Source: Octopus sinensis
Taxonomy: Eukaryota
Length of the DNA stretch: 64,000 nt
Assembly: GCF_006345805.1 (NCBI RefSeq)
Contig: NC_043009.1
Location: 8,432,001-8,496,000 of the forward strand
Reading direction: 5' to 3'
Numbering within the stretch: the first letter of the stretch is position 1; every line of letters starts with the position of its first letter. Shown here one piece after another: positions 48,736 through 62,094 of this stretch. Below the pieces are notes generated by a model. It was not told where the DNA came from, made no database searches, and saw nothing but the letters and a program-made list of their open reading frames with translations. Made by a program: the position numbers and the translations under genes.

Positions 48736-50283
48736 GTGGAATAGGTCAAACATAGGTTGCATATGTTTCTCAACTAGCTGAAGTTCATTACAGAGATCTT
48801 ATGTGATGACCTCTCCTCAGTGTAGCTGGTCATCTGGCCAAAATTACCACCATGAAGTTTGCATTGCCACAAGGTATAAACAAACAATGAGTCACTTATA
48901 TTCGCTTCGTAGCAGCATTAGTTGTTAAATGATGTGTTGTATGGAAACAATCAACTTATCGAAATTCCTCAATATGGGAAAAAATGTATAACTTACGATC
49001 TTAATAGATTTTTATTTTATCATATACTCTCCACTTTTTGTTTTTGTATACTAGATGGCTATTGCTCAAAGCCAACTAACTCCTACACTCGGTTCCTAGA
49101 TTGCACTCATCTACATATATATGTACACACACACACATATATATATATATATAAAGAAAGAGTGAGAGAGAGAGAGACAGAGACAGAGAGATTTGTCCAA
49201 TGCTAATGATTTATACCAATTTCCGATACGAAGCTCAGATACAATTAAGCTAATGTGAGAGCTTCTATGTATCACTAGAAATGTTAGAAATAGCAGCCAA
49301 ATCTTCCTGAAATCAACACTCTCCTTACTATTTTAACGAAAAAAAAGGACACACTGGACACTGTAGTCTCAAATATGCTGTATTTGAATTCGAGGCAGAA
49401 TGGTCATGATTGGAACATCCTTTGATGGTTGGTCTGCGAGCTGGCCTGTGCTTGTACAACAACCACAGATTTAATATTCTCTTCTTTAGAAAATCTCTCA
49501 AAAGGCATAAATGATGGAAGCTAATCTTCTCTCTGGGAAAGTTTATTTTGAGCTTATAGAATTAATTATTTAAGGTGCTAGTCAAGCGATTCAAAGATCA
49601 TAGGATCCTGCTGTTGTTAATTAGCTCCAGGTCAACCCTGATCGAGCAGAAATATAAGTAGCACCTCCTACTTCACAGTTGATTGGGTGATATATGTAAG
49701 GAAGTGAAATCCAACTGTAATTCATGCAGATATGTGTATTTACAGAATCGTTCCAATCATGCTGAAAAATGGTTTATAAAAAGAGGGGGAAAAAAATGGA
49801 TATTTTGATATTAAAAATACCTGGCCGACTCATGCAAGCATGGAGAAAACAAGCATAAAATAATGATGATGATGATGACGATGATGATGATGATAGTGTT
49901 GATCCTTTCTTAAATATGGAATTCCTGTAACAACGATCCTAAGATTTTTGTAAGGTTTACTTTCTAAAGTTTATCACCACCACCACCACTAGTTGTGAAA
50001 TAAAAAGATATACATGTATGTATGCGTATACACACGCACACACACACAAACACATACGCAGGTGAATGTGCAAGCATACTTACATGCACATACAACACAT
50101 TCATGCATGCACACACACACACACACATTCACATAAATATATATATATATACACACAAATGTACATACATGCACTTGCACATCAGATGAAAGGGATCCAA
50201 AATTAGTTATTGGTCAAACTGACCAGGAAGAATAGGATTTTCCTCTTCTTTCTTCTCTCTCTCTCTCTCCACTCCTCCTTTCT

Positions 50284-50320
<37 letters not shown>

Positions 50321-50927
50321 AACAATGATTATGTCTTTCTTTGTAAAACTCACTATAATACCAGAATTACTCCATTCTTTTCATCTTTATTAATGCTCTT
50401 ATTGACAATTCAATTTTCCATCAAACATAATGAAGATTGCTTTCATTTTTGTTCCTTCTATTTTCTTCCTTTCACATAAATCCCCTAATACACTCTTCAC
50501 TCATAACCCCTTTGCCACCCCACTACCTCGTTGTGTTGCATCTCTGGGTGGATGCTTATATAAAAAAAATAAAATATAATAAATGACTTACTCAGCAAAG
50601 TACATACAACAGATACCCTTACCAACCCATTGACTCATTCATCTATAATTATAGACTATAAAAACCATTTTTGGTCGTTTTTGCTAATGTTATTTCTATG
50701 ATAATACTTTTTTTCTCTGCCTAGAACTGATGAGGGGGAAAAAACAAAAATACATCATTGACCTTACACTATCGTTAATTGCTGCTACAAGCTAATATCA
50801 ATACTTCGCTTGTTGACTCTGAATCTTAATAATATTGACTCCTTGCATTGGCACTTGACCAAATTTTTGTAGAGTAAAGAGATAGATCCAAATCAATTTA
50901 ATCAATCCTAATATATTACAGGTACTT

Positions 50928-51390
50928 TAAAGCAGCTAACTGGCAGAATCATTAGCAAGTTGGGTAAAAATGCTAAGCGGCATTTCATCTGTCTCTACAT
51001 TCTGAGTTCAAATTCCACCAAGGTTCACTGCTTTTCATCTTTTGGAGTCAATAAAATAAGTACCAGTTGTGTACTGGAGGCAATATAATCAACTAGCATC
51101 CTCCACTGCAATTGCTGGCCTTGTGCCAAAATTTGGAACCAATGTATTACTGGTACTTTAAGGTTGCAAGGTGGCAGAATCATTAGCAAGCCAAGCAAAA
51201 TGTTGAGTGGCATTTCATCCATCTTTATGTTCTGGGTTCAAATTCCACCGAGGTTGACTTTGCTTTCATACTTTCAGGGTCGATAAAATAAGTACCAGTT
51301 GAGTACTGGGGTTAATGTAATCGACTAGCACCCTCCTCTAAAATTGCTGGCCTTGTGCCAAAATTTGAAATCAATATATTACTGGTACTT
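50928..51390 (+). mobile_element. two head-to-tail SINE-B copies
   Basis: Bounded by three copies of TATTAC(A/T)GGTACTT at 50914, 51145 and 51377. Confidence 0.88.
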
Positions 51391-51637
51391 AATCGTATTA
51401 ATCCTAGGGGCAGCTAGAAGCAGAACCTGATATGGTTTGAAATCAAATAGGAAATAAAAGAAATTTTTTCTTTGCTTTTTTTAAAAAAAAAAACTGTTTA
51501 TACCCTCCAGGGGTGATAAGACAAATATTGTTATGTTCCTTCTGAACAGTTTCAAATTGGTAGCTGGGGAGGTAAAAAAATGGCAAGGATAAAATTCCAG
51601 AGAGATAATGTTCTGAGGAATAAGGATTAGGTAGTTA

Positions 51638-51808
51638 AGCACCCACTACACTCTCAGAGTGGTTGGCGTTAGGAAGGGCATCCAGCTGTAGAAACTCTGC
51701 CAGATCAAGACTGGAGCCTGGTGCAGCCATCTGGTTTGCCAGTCCTCAGTCAAATTGTCCAACCCATGCTAGCATGGAAAGCAGATGTTAAACGATGATG
51801 ATGATGAT
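51638..51808 (+). mobile_element. repeat-D, young, 5'-truncated
   Basis: AAGCACCCACTACACTCTCAGAG..GTTAAACGATGATGATG. Confidence 0.9.
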
Positions 51809-52939
51809 AGTGCAGAATCTGGGGCATAGGCAGACACTGTATAGGAGACAAGAGAGCTGGGAGTGCTTGAGAGGAGATGGTACAAGGCCAACAAGTTCTG
51901 AAGAGCAGTCCAAATAAATACTAAAACAAATGTTTAGCTTTCTCTCTCTTTTCATGGTGCAAGTCATTTGGGTTTGTGTGTGTGTAAAGTGGACAAGGGA
52001 TAAATTTCTTCAGAATAAGATGCTAATCTATATTCATTAACATTCCTTGGCAATTTTGGTACATATTCTGCAAACAGATGAGTAAAATAAGGTGCATGCT
52101 ATTAAGAGCCACTGACTGACTGAGTTGATGACAAAATGCTTGGAATGGATTTAAACTCCAAACTTACAATATGGTTCCCCTATGTTATATATCTCATAAG
52201 GCAAAATTTACTGCCATAAATATCTAATTACTTTTGCCAACTCTTTGATTTCTTTTGAACATCACCACCATCTTCACAATCATCATCATTGTTTAACATC
52301 TGTTTCCCATGGTGACACAGGTTGGACTATTTAACAGGGGCTGATGAACCAGGGGACTGTGCTGTGCTCCAATGTCTACTTTAACATGGTTTCTACTTGG
52401 GACCGTTTTTAATGATGCAATAATGATAATTTATGCAGGAAAAGGGAGATGTAGTTAATTGATTGACACCTACTGTGAAATCCAGAAAGTAGGTATTAGA
52501 TCTATAAATTTGAGTTATTTTGAAGTAGAAGTAAAGTTATCACTACAAGTTCTTCTCAGCAACAACAAAACAACAACAACATGGGTATGTACAATGTTGT
52601 TGCTTACCTTCCGATTTGAGAAGAACAATGATGAAAGACTTCCCAACCACTCATCACTTTTTATTATTCAGACATAGAATCTGGCACATTAGCAGCATCT
52701 TTAGAGCATTAGGTTAACTCTCTTGAAATAAGATGGCACACTGGCAGAACCATTAGCATTCTGGACAAAGTGCTTAGCTGAAATCATTGATATGGAGTTA
52801 GCCATTCAATTTTTGTTAATTTTTTTGTTCATTATATCTTATCACCTGTGCTATATGAATACATGATGTGGTTCTATCGTCAGTTTTGACTGCTATTTCT
52901 GGCATAGTGGTGCCTCTTTGGTACCCTTAATTATATATA

Positions 52940-53627
52940 CACAACAGGCTTCTTTCAATTTCCATCTGTCAGAACCACTTACAAGCCTTTATTCGGCCTG
53001 AGGCTATAGTAGAAGACACTTGCCCAAGGTGCCACGCAGTGGGACTGAACCCAGAACCACGTGGTTGGGAAGCAAGCTTCTTACTACACAGCCATGCCTG
53101 ATTCAAAACAATGTGAATAAATATCATTGCATTTGACAGAGTAATCTAAATGCTTAGAGAGTTCTGATAGCTTGGTGCAATTTGAAAATCTAACAAAAAT
53201 ATGTTACTAGGAAAGCAGGCATGGCTCTACTGGTTGAGAAGCTGTTTGGCTCCAAGTCTGCTAGCTTTGATCTCACAGCACAGCACTTTTGGCTAGAGTC
53301 TTCCACTGCAGCTTCAGGTTGACTAATGCCTTTGGTAGATGGAAACTGTGTGGAACCCTATTATGTATTCTTTTATTCTTTTACTTGTTTCAGTCATTTT
53401 GACTGTGGCCATGCTAGAGCACCACCTTAAAGGGTTTTTTAGTTGAAGAAATCAACCCCAGGACTTAGTTTTTGTAAGCCTAGTACATATTCTATCAGTC
53501 TCTTTTACCAGACCACTATGTTACAGGGACATAAACACACCAACATCAGTTGTCAAGGGATGGTGGGGAGACAAATACAGATGCAGAGACACACATATAT
53601 AAATATATACGTACATATATATGTGTG

Positions 53628-53682
<55 letters not shown>

Positions 53683-55250
53683 GCACACACACGCAATGGG
53701 CTTCTTTCACTTGCTATCTACCAAATCCACTCACAAGGCTTTAATCAGCTTGAGGCTATAGTAAAACAAACACTTTATCACTATAAGTAAGTCTGTGAGT
53801 GACCACCACGTGTGTGTGTTTTTGTGTGCAGATATCTTTCGACAAGGTGTATCAACCAGGGGATGTTAACATTGGTAAATAACCAGTGCTCACCAAACGA
53901 AGTCCTTTGCACTGAATTGTAGCTGCTCTCTTGTCGCTATTTCACTCAGGAACACACTAAACAAGCAAAACAAGTGATTGGCTTATTGGAAACCTGTAAC
54001 TAACATTAATATTTTTCCCAGATCTGATATCAAATAAATAAAGCATTTGAATAAACAAATAATTGTTAGTTAATAGCATTCAGCCATTGCTCGTCATAAC
54101 AATTAATTATTGTCTTGATACTGTGACTAATGTTGTTACATCTTTGCTAATTGTTATGCTCTTTTTATCTTGTCTATATTGTTACATCACAATATGGCAA
54201 ATTAGTAGACTTGTTTGAGTGGTGGACGAATTCCTTGAGAAAGTGCTATTCAGTTACGGCTGTTTATGTTCTTGTTTACTTGTTTCAGTCAGTTGACTGT
54301 GGCTATGCTGGAGCACCGCCTTTAGTCGAGCAAATCGACCCCAGGACTTATTCTTTGTAAGCCTAGTACTTATTCTATCGGTCTGTTTTGCCGAACCGCT
54401 AAGTTATGGGGACGTAAACACACCAGCATCGGTTGTCGAGCGATGTTGGGGGGACAAACACACAAACTTTTACACACACACACATAGATGACGGGCTTCT
54501 TTCAGTTTCCATCTACCAAATCCACTCACAAGGCTTTGGTCAGCCCGAGGCTATAGTAGAAGACATTTGCCCAAGGTGCCACGCAGTGAGACTGAACCCG
54601 GAACCATGTGGTTCGTAAGCAAGCTACTTACCACACAGCCACCCTCAAATCCTATCAGGCTCCACTTTGCCTTTCATCTTTTGAGGGTCAATTAATAAAT
54701 GTACCAGCCAAATACTGGGGGACAATCCAACCAACTGTATTCTCATCACCACTAAAAAAAAAAGAAGTAATTTGTAGCATAGTACTAATGTTAGAAATCA
54801 ATATCATTATCACCATCATCATTTTAGCATCCACTTTTCCATGCTTCCATGGGTTGGACTGAGTTTGTTGGAGAAGATTTTCCAGGGTTAGATGCCCTTC
54901 CTATGACCAACCTTCATCTGTTTCCGAATAAAGTAATGTTTTCTCTTGGCCAGACATGTTTTCACAGGATATTGGAAATGAATGACACTGCTTGCATGAC
55001 AGTGACACTCGTTTACAACTATCATGCAAGGAGACACTAACACACACATACATGTGTGTGTGTGTGTTGTGTACATACTCTAGGCTTCTTTCAGTTTCCA
55101 TCTACCAAATCCACTCGTAAGGCAATGGTCAGCCCAAGGCTATAGTAGAAGACATTTTCCCAAGGTGCCACACAGTGGGACTGCAGAATAACCTGAAGCC
55201 ATATGGTTGGGAAGCAAACTTCATAACTACAGAGCTACACCTGCACCTAT
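52940..55250 (-). mobile_element. cluster of four SINE-A copies (52940-53100, 53375-53765, 54275-54645, 54800-55250; the last has the RTE-type tail)
   Basis: Each carries CTACCAAATCCACTC..GAAGACA..GGGACTGAACCC-type motifs or subsets. Confidence 0.85.
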
Positions 55251-55284
55251 GCAATTAACAATATTATTACCTCAAAAAAGAAAA

Positions 55285-55500
55285 GCAAGAAATTGGTAGA
55301 ATTGTTAGCATGCCGTACCAAATGCCTAGCAGTATTTCATCCATCTTCTGAGTCTAAATCTGCTGAGGTCAACTTTGTCTTTCATCCTTTCAGGGTCGAT
55401 AATATAGGTATCAGTTGAACACTGGGGTTGATGTAATTGATTTACCTACCTCTCCCAAAATTGCTGGCTTTGTGCCAAAATTGGAAGCCAATGTCATTAC
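55285..55500 (+). mobile_element. SINE-B copy
   Basis: TCATCCTTTCAGGGTCGATAA core. Confidence 0.85.
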
Positions 55501-55544
55501 CTCGAAATTAAATAATCCAAGCATTTGTTTCACATCATAAAGAT

Positions 55545-55780
55545 ATTCTTTTCTACTCTAGGCACAAGGGCCGAAATTTTGGGGTAGCGGGGTGGGGGGG
55601 CAGTCGATTAGATTGATCCCAGTATGCAACTGGTACTTAATTTATGCCCCCCCCCCTCCGAAAAGATGAAAGGCAAAGTCAACCTCGGCGGAATTTGAAC
55701 CTGGAACGTAAAGACAGACAAAATACCGCTAAGCATTTCGCCCGACGTGCTAACGTCTCTGCCAGCTCACTGCCTTACAT
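55545..55780 (-). mobile_element. SINE-B copy, young
   Basis: AAAGATGAAAGGCAAAGTCAACCTCGGCGGAATTTGAAC..TCTGCCAGCTC; CpGs intact. Confidence 0.9.
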
Positions 55781-56925
55781 CATAATGATATTAAGAAGCA
55801 GATGGGTCATCTTCGTTTGTCATTATATTTTCTTTCAAGATGCTTGATCTGTTGACTTGTTTTGCTTTTTGTGTAGTTTTCGTTTAGCCCCAGGTCAGTC
55901 CTGATCAGGTATACCTATCAGTCAGCCATGACCATCCTGTTCTTAATTTCAATCCCACACGTAATGTTTCTTTCCTTTTATAAAATGACAGTTTTCTGTT
56001 AATCCCACGCTGTCATCATGATCATCGTCATTAAAAGTGGATGTTCAACGATGATGAGGATAATGATGACAGTGTGTGATTAACAGAAAATTGCCTGCTT
56101 TTTCTAGCGGGTTCCTTGTTCATCTGCAATCTACAAGGCTTGGATATTGCCCTACTTAAAAATAAAAAGAAAGAAGAAATATAAACATCAATTAATATTG
56201 GTTTGTTTTCTTACATAGTATACTATCTGAATATACTTTGGAATTTTTCTTATTTCTTTTAAATATTAAATACACATTCTGAAAACCAGTGCTCCAGCAT
56301 GGGCTTGGCTTTGATAGCTAAAAACAAACTGTAAGACTAAAGAACCTGCAGCATTGTCTTAGTATCAAAGTAGTTGGTATCTTAGAGTATTTTTCTTACT
56401 CTCGCGTGGCATATGTGTGTGTGATTTAGTGTGTTTACCTCATAGCTCTACACCAAAATACTTCATTTAATACAGCGAGTCAACGCTTTCACTGATAAAA
56501 CCTTCATAAAAATGTAAAATATATCGAGACTTATCTACTGTATTTACCAATGAAAAAGAAAATAAAATTAATATGTGCTATCAACTAATATCTTTTTTCA
56601 CTTTTTTTTTCTCTGCATATCTGAATATATCTTAGCTTTTTAATAATATTAAGTATACTTTCATCTACTTAACTGTCCATTTGCAACAATCTGTTTGTGA
56701 CATCTCTAGCATGAGTAGAACCATTTCATGCAGAAGTCTTCTTTAGTTTGAACATTTTTCATAGAATTAATAATACTCAGCGCAAGATGTTATTGTTGCT
56801 GTTTAGACCCAAGTCAGCTTTCATCATACTGATTCACAATCAAAGACACTCTTGCCATGACCATCAAGTCTTTTATCTTCTTTTGTTATGGTGGTAGTTA
56901 CATTATGAACTATGTCCCTTTTTTT

Positions 56926-57153
56926 TTAACCCTTTCATTACCAACCCGGCTGAAACCGGCTCTGGCTCTCAGTACAAATGTCTTGTTTTCATAAGTTTTG
57001 AATTAAAATCTTCCACCAAACCTTAGTCACAATTTATGTTCCTAACACTAGTTCAATGTTAACTAAGTTATTTTACTAAATTCTTTGTTATATTTAATGT
57101 AATTGAAAGAAATACAGAGCATCTCAAAATAAATACAGTAACGAAAAGGTTAA
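56926..57153. mobile_element. ~228-bp TTAA-flanked MITE
   Basis: TTAACCCTTTCATTAC..GTAACGAAAAGGTTAA. Confidence 0.85.
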
Positions 57154-57569
57154 GAAGTTAGGTATGATTTGAGTGATGTTTGACTGTTGTTTTTTGTAAT
57201 TTAAGTGACCCTTTTAGAGGTTTCTTAATTCACTCAGGGTAAAATGTTGTGATGTTAGGTGGTAGCATTAGCAGTGTTCAGTGCAATAAAGTGATTTGAC
57301 ACAGCTTGAAATTGGGTCGTAGACTCAGATCAGAACAGCACTTACTCTCACACATCACATCACAAGTAAACTCTAAGTAGTAAAAGATGTATGAAGTTAT
57401 AGCTCTGATCCTCTCTCTCTCTCTCATCTGTTGAGTATTTATTATTCTGCTGCAACATATTTCGAACAATCTAAATGGCAGTAAAACACAAGGCAACATT
57501 AATACTAACAGAAGTTTAGAAATAAAGAGATAGTTTCTGAGAATTCTCCTTCATAAGTTTCAAGTCAAA

Positions 57570-57750
57570 TGGAAAGAGATATATTATTCACATGTCCGCT
57601 ATGCGCTTCACAAAATCTATTGTGTATGGCAATGAAAACATTCTGCTGAGTTATAAAAAGCTACTTCAAAGACTCATTAAAAATACCCTTCAAAGACTAC
57701 GGCATTAACATTACAGTTTGGAAACTACTGGTTACAACATCCTAAATTCA
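57570..57750 (+). mobile_element. possible RTE-BovB-like ORF C-terminal fossil
   Basis: RFTKSIVYG..YFKDSLKIPFKDYGINITVW resembles R.PK.LLYG..RFKD.LK..LK..GI...WE. Confidence 0.4.
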
Positions 57751-57978
57751 TGAACGGAGGCCAAAGCTACCGAGAAACTAATAAGTAGGAAGAAAATCCC
57801 ACTAAAAGCAGTCTGTCCAAAATCACAACCATTTGGCGCTTGGATGCCATTATCAGAGTCCACTCTATTGTAAGCATTTGGCCCAGGTTTCTGATATGAA
57901 GAAAATCTATTATTAAAGTTGTGCTCCCTCTTTTCCTCAACCCTTCCTCTTCTGACCACACCATTATTATTGTTATTA

Positions 57979-58022
<44 letters not shown>

Positions 58023-58409
58023 AGACTTCAAATTTTATCCATGTGTGCACTACATATGGAGGAGACATCTTCACCTAGATTGACCTGACCTGGCTAGTCT
58101 TCTTTGAATATGCTATTATTTGTAATTATCTGAGATCATAATCATCATTTGCCTGCAGTAGATGATTAACATAGGATTAATTAATTACAAAGAATTTAAT
58201 GGAAAATAATTTAGTCTTTCTCTAGTTATTTGAATTCATTAAAATAATTACGTTGTGTTATTGGAATTCATTAAAATAATTTACTACTGTTGCATTATTA
58301 GAAGTTTGCTAAGAGAGAGAAAAAGTACGGCCATAGAAAGCAGATTATTGTTGATACTATTTCGAAAGTATGGTCATGTGAAAAGAAGAAATAATACTTC
58401 TTACTGCAC

Positions 58410-58803
58410 AGGAGTGGCTGTGTGGTAAGAAGCTTGCTTCCAAACTGCATGGTTCCAGGTTCAGTCCCACTACATGGCACCTTGGCCAAGTGTCTTCTAC
58501 TATAGCCTCAGGCTGACCAAAGCCTTGTCTGTGAATTTGGCAGAGGGAAACTGAAAGAAGCCCATCATATATATATATATATATGGGGGGGTGTATGTGT
58601 GTATCTTTGTATGTCTCCCACTACCACTTGACAAACCAGTGTTGGTGTGTTTACATCCTCATAACTTAACAGTTCAGCAAAATAGATCAATAGAATATGT
58701 ACCAGGCTTAAGAAAAAAAATATTAATGTCGTGGGGTTGATTTTTCTCAACTAGGTGATGCCCCAGCATCACCACTGTCTGACTGAAACAAGTAAAAGAT
58801 AAG
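58410..58803 (+). mobile_element. SINE-A, full length
   Basis: CAGGAGTGGCTGTGTGGTAAG..TGAAACAAGTAAAAGATAA. Confidence 0.9.
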
Positions 58804-58879
58804 TGGGCAGTTTTTTAATATATTTTTGTTTCACTTTAAGCAGCTAAATCCTACATAATCTTGAAATCTTAATGATAAT

Positions 58880-59100
58880 TCTTCCTAAATTTGGTACAAG
58901 GCCAGCAATTTTGAAGGGAGGGCGCAAATTGATTACATCAACCCCAATATTTGACTGGTATTTCATTTTATTGAATCAGAAAGAATGAAAGCCAAAATCG
59001 ATTCCCAATGATATTTGAAATCAGAATGCAAAGAGCTGGAAGAACTGCCACCAAGCATTTTGTCCAATACACTAATGTTTCAGCTAGATTGCTGTCTTAA
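58880..59100 (-). mobile_element. SINE-B, diverged
   Basis: AAATTTGGTACAAGGCCAGCAATT..AAGCATTTTGTCC. Confidence 0.75.
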
Positions 59101-59139
59101 TTATAATTACCATAATAATTATTTCCAATTTAGGTACAA

Positions 59140-59380
59140 CTTTAGGTAAAAGCACCCATGCGGTGCCACTTAAAAGCGCTTGTTACAGTGCCACGTAAAA
59201 GTACCCAACACACTCTGTAAAGTGGTTGGCATTAGGAAGGGCATCCAATTGTAGAAACCATGCCAAATCAGACTGGAATTTGGTGCAGCAGCACAGCTTG
59301 TCAGCTCTGGTCACACCATCCAACCCATGCCAGCATGGACAGTGGATGTTAAATAATGATGATGATGATGATGATGACTA
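59140..59380 (+). mobile_element. repeat-D copy
   Basis: GTGGTTGGCATTAGGAAGGGCATCC..(GAT)n. Confidence 0.85.
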
Positions 59381-59502
59381 GTCAGTACCATCAACTCTAG
59401 TACTTTATTTTATCAACCCCAGAAGATGAAAAAGCAAAATTCCACTTGTTCACTACTGCCCTAATAATAATAATAATAATAACAATATGTAGTCATTATG
59501 TA

Positions 59503-59845
59503 TGAAGGTGCATGGTTCAGTGGTTAGAGAGTTGGGCTCACAATCATAAGGTAATGAGTTTGATTCTTGGACCGGGTTGTGTGTTGTATTCTTGAGCAAG
59601 ACACTTTATTTCACGTTGCTCCAGTTCACTCAGTTGTAGAAATGAGTTGCGACATCATCACTGGTGCCAAGCTGTATCAGCCTTTGCCTTTTCAATTGGA
59701 CAACATCAGCAGCATAGAGAGAGGAGGTTGGTGTCCATGGGCATTTGATGGTCTTCCATAAGCAACCTTGCTCAGACTTGTGCCTCTGGAGAGTAACTTT
59801 CTAGGTGCAATCCCATGGTAATTCATGACCAAAGGGGGTCCTATT
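59503..59845 (+). mobile_element. SINE-C with a third 3' module
   Basis: Head GGTGCATGGTTCAGTGGTTAG..CTTGAGCAAGACACTTTATTTCACGTTGCTCCAG. Confidence 0.85.
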
Positions 59846-60074
59846 AGTATTATGTGACCCCCACCCATCAGCTCTTAGAGTGGTTATTTCACTTTTTCTA
59901 TGGACTCCATTGGCTGGTGTGAGAGACACATTTCATCGTCTGAGTAGTACAAATCATGTTTATCAAAGGCAAAAGGTTTTAAAGTCCAGAAGTGATCGTT
60001 ACAGATATCTCATTAAACAGTGAAATTAACGCTAAAAGAAGCATTACAGTAATTTACATGATAGTATTTCCTTT

Positions 60075-60500
60075 TGTCTTTTGTTTCAGTCATTGGGATG
60101 TGCCCATACTGGGGCACCACCTTGAAAGGTTTTAGTCAAACAGGTTGACCACCAGTACTTATTTTTCCTAAGTCTGGTACTATTTTACCCATCTGTATTG
60201 CTGAACCTCTAAGTTATGAGAACATAAACAAACCAACACCAGTTGTCGAGTGATGGTGGAGGAACAAATACTGGTGCATGCACACATACATACTCACGTA
60301 TGTGCGTGTGCACATACACACACACACATGTGTGTGTATGTACACAACAAGCTTACTGTCAGAATTGTACCAAATCCATTCACAAGGCACTGGTCAACTC
60401 AGGGCTTTCATAGAAGACACTTAGCCCAGATTCCATGCAATGGGACTGAACCTAAAACTACTTGATTAAGAAGCAAACTTCTTAACCACACAGCTATGAT
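60075..60500 (-). mobile_element. SINE-A, diverged
   Basis: TTTGTTTCAGTC..GGGACTGAACC..ACCACACAGC. Confidence 0.8.
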
Positions 60501-61411
60501 TTCATAAACTGACCCTGGGCTGCAAATGTCCAGTTGATCAAATCAACCACATTATGTACCCTTTAGTTGCTACCTCGATATATCTAACCAACAAAAGAGC
60601 CACCTCGTGACTTTTAACCTGCTAGAAATAGCAGACAAATCTCCCTCAAATCATATCCTGCAATATGGCTGAATAAAAAGCAGGGGTAGTCATAACTAGA
60701 ATGCTTTTGATTATAAGTATCCTCAACCAAAACTGATATGATCTAAACAATAACAATAATTTCAGCATAGAGTTTGTAATCAAATCTTCTCCTGTGTGTT
60801 TTGGGACATGGACTTTATTTTCCATTAACCTAGCTCTCAGAATAGGCCCCAGATCATCTGGGAATTTAATCTGTGGTAACTCTATATTCTGTCCAGGAGA
60901 AGATTTATCACTCATTCGCATAAAGCCATGAAACTTAAGTTGAGTACCAACACTTAAAAGCTTCTCAGGGCTGAAGAAGAATTTGTAGTTTTACGTTTCA
61001 ATTTACAATATATGTCATGTATTTATTTTATTAAGCCCAAGGGGACAGAAAATGAAAAACCTTGCCCAAAAATCTAACATGAACAATAAGGGTTTTTAAT
61101 TTTGTCATGAGGCCACAAATTTAAGGAAAGGGTTTTAGTTCATTTAAGTGATCATAGTATGTGACAACAGATACTTATTTTATTGATCCTATGGGGATGA
61201 AAGACAAAGCCTACTCCATTACAATTTGAGCTTACAAAATACAGAGACAAAACTATAGATATCATAAAGTACATGGTTAGATGCTCTACCAATTATGATA
61301 TTTCACTACCCTAATAATAATAATTTCTCATGTCAGCACATGACTGTAAAATGTGTTGGGAGAGGTCTTCAATTGAATTAACCCTGTACATGACTGAATG
61401 TGTGTGTGTGT

Positions 61412-61484
<73 letters not shown>

Positions 61485-61488
<4 letters not shown>

Positions 61489-61690
61489 CAGAATTGTTAG
61501 CAGGCTGAGCAAAATACTTAGTGGCATTTTGTCTGTCTTCACATTCTGAGTTCAAATTCTGGGATGGTCCACTTTGCCTTTCTTCCTTTCAAGGTTGATA
61601 AAATAAGTACTATTTGAGCACTGGGGTTGATGTAATTGACTTAACCACTCCCCCAAAATTGCTGACCTTGTGACAGCAATTATGCCCAAA
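61485..61690 (+). mobile_element. SINE-B copy
   Basis: GGCAGAATTGTTAGC..GATAAAATAAGTAC. Confidence 0.8.
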
Positions 61691-61832
61691 TAGGAAACCA
61701 TTATCATAAAGGAGAATGATGAGCAAAGTAAGTCCTGTAATTGTTTTAAATTAGAAGAAACAGGGATAGAATTATACACCGTAAAGTATTTAGTCCAAGG
61801 TTCTTTCTGTTTTGGAACCTCTATGTGGATCC

Positions 61833-62080
61833 TTGACTTGCTAGAAATAGCAGACAAATATCTTTCAGATCAAACCCTACCATCCTAGAAAAGAAGACTA
61901 CATTGGATGATGTGTGATCTTAGGGGTATGGTTTCTAGAAGAAAGAAAGATGTTTCAAAATATGTGGATACTTGACTTGCAAGAAATAGCAGACAAATAT
62001 CCTTCAAATCATACCCTACCATCTTAGAAATTAAGGCTACATTAGATTATGTGACCCTAATTGTACTACATCTTGGGGTG
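61833..62080 (+). repeat. tandem direct duplication (~138-bp period) of a repeat-E fragment
   Basis: CTTGACTTGC(T/A)AGAAATAGCAGACAAATATC at 61833 and 61971. Confidence 0.85.
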
Positions 62081-62094
62081 AAAAATGAGTTTTC

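Noticed and set aside
45508-50220. Several plus-strand acceptor + short ORF + stop candidates (~45508, 46799, 49056, 50170; also 3775, 38906, 42880)
   Set aside because: Such patterns are common by chance in AT-rich DNA; none has a recognisable product or a consistent exon chain.
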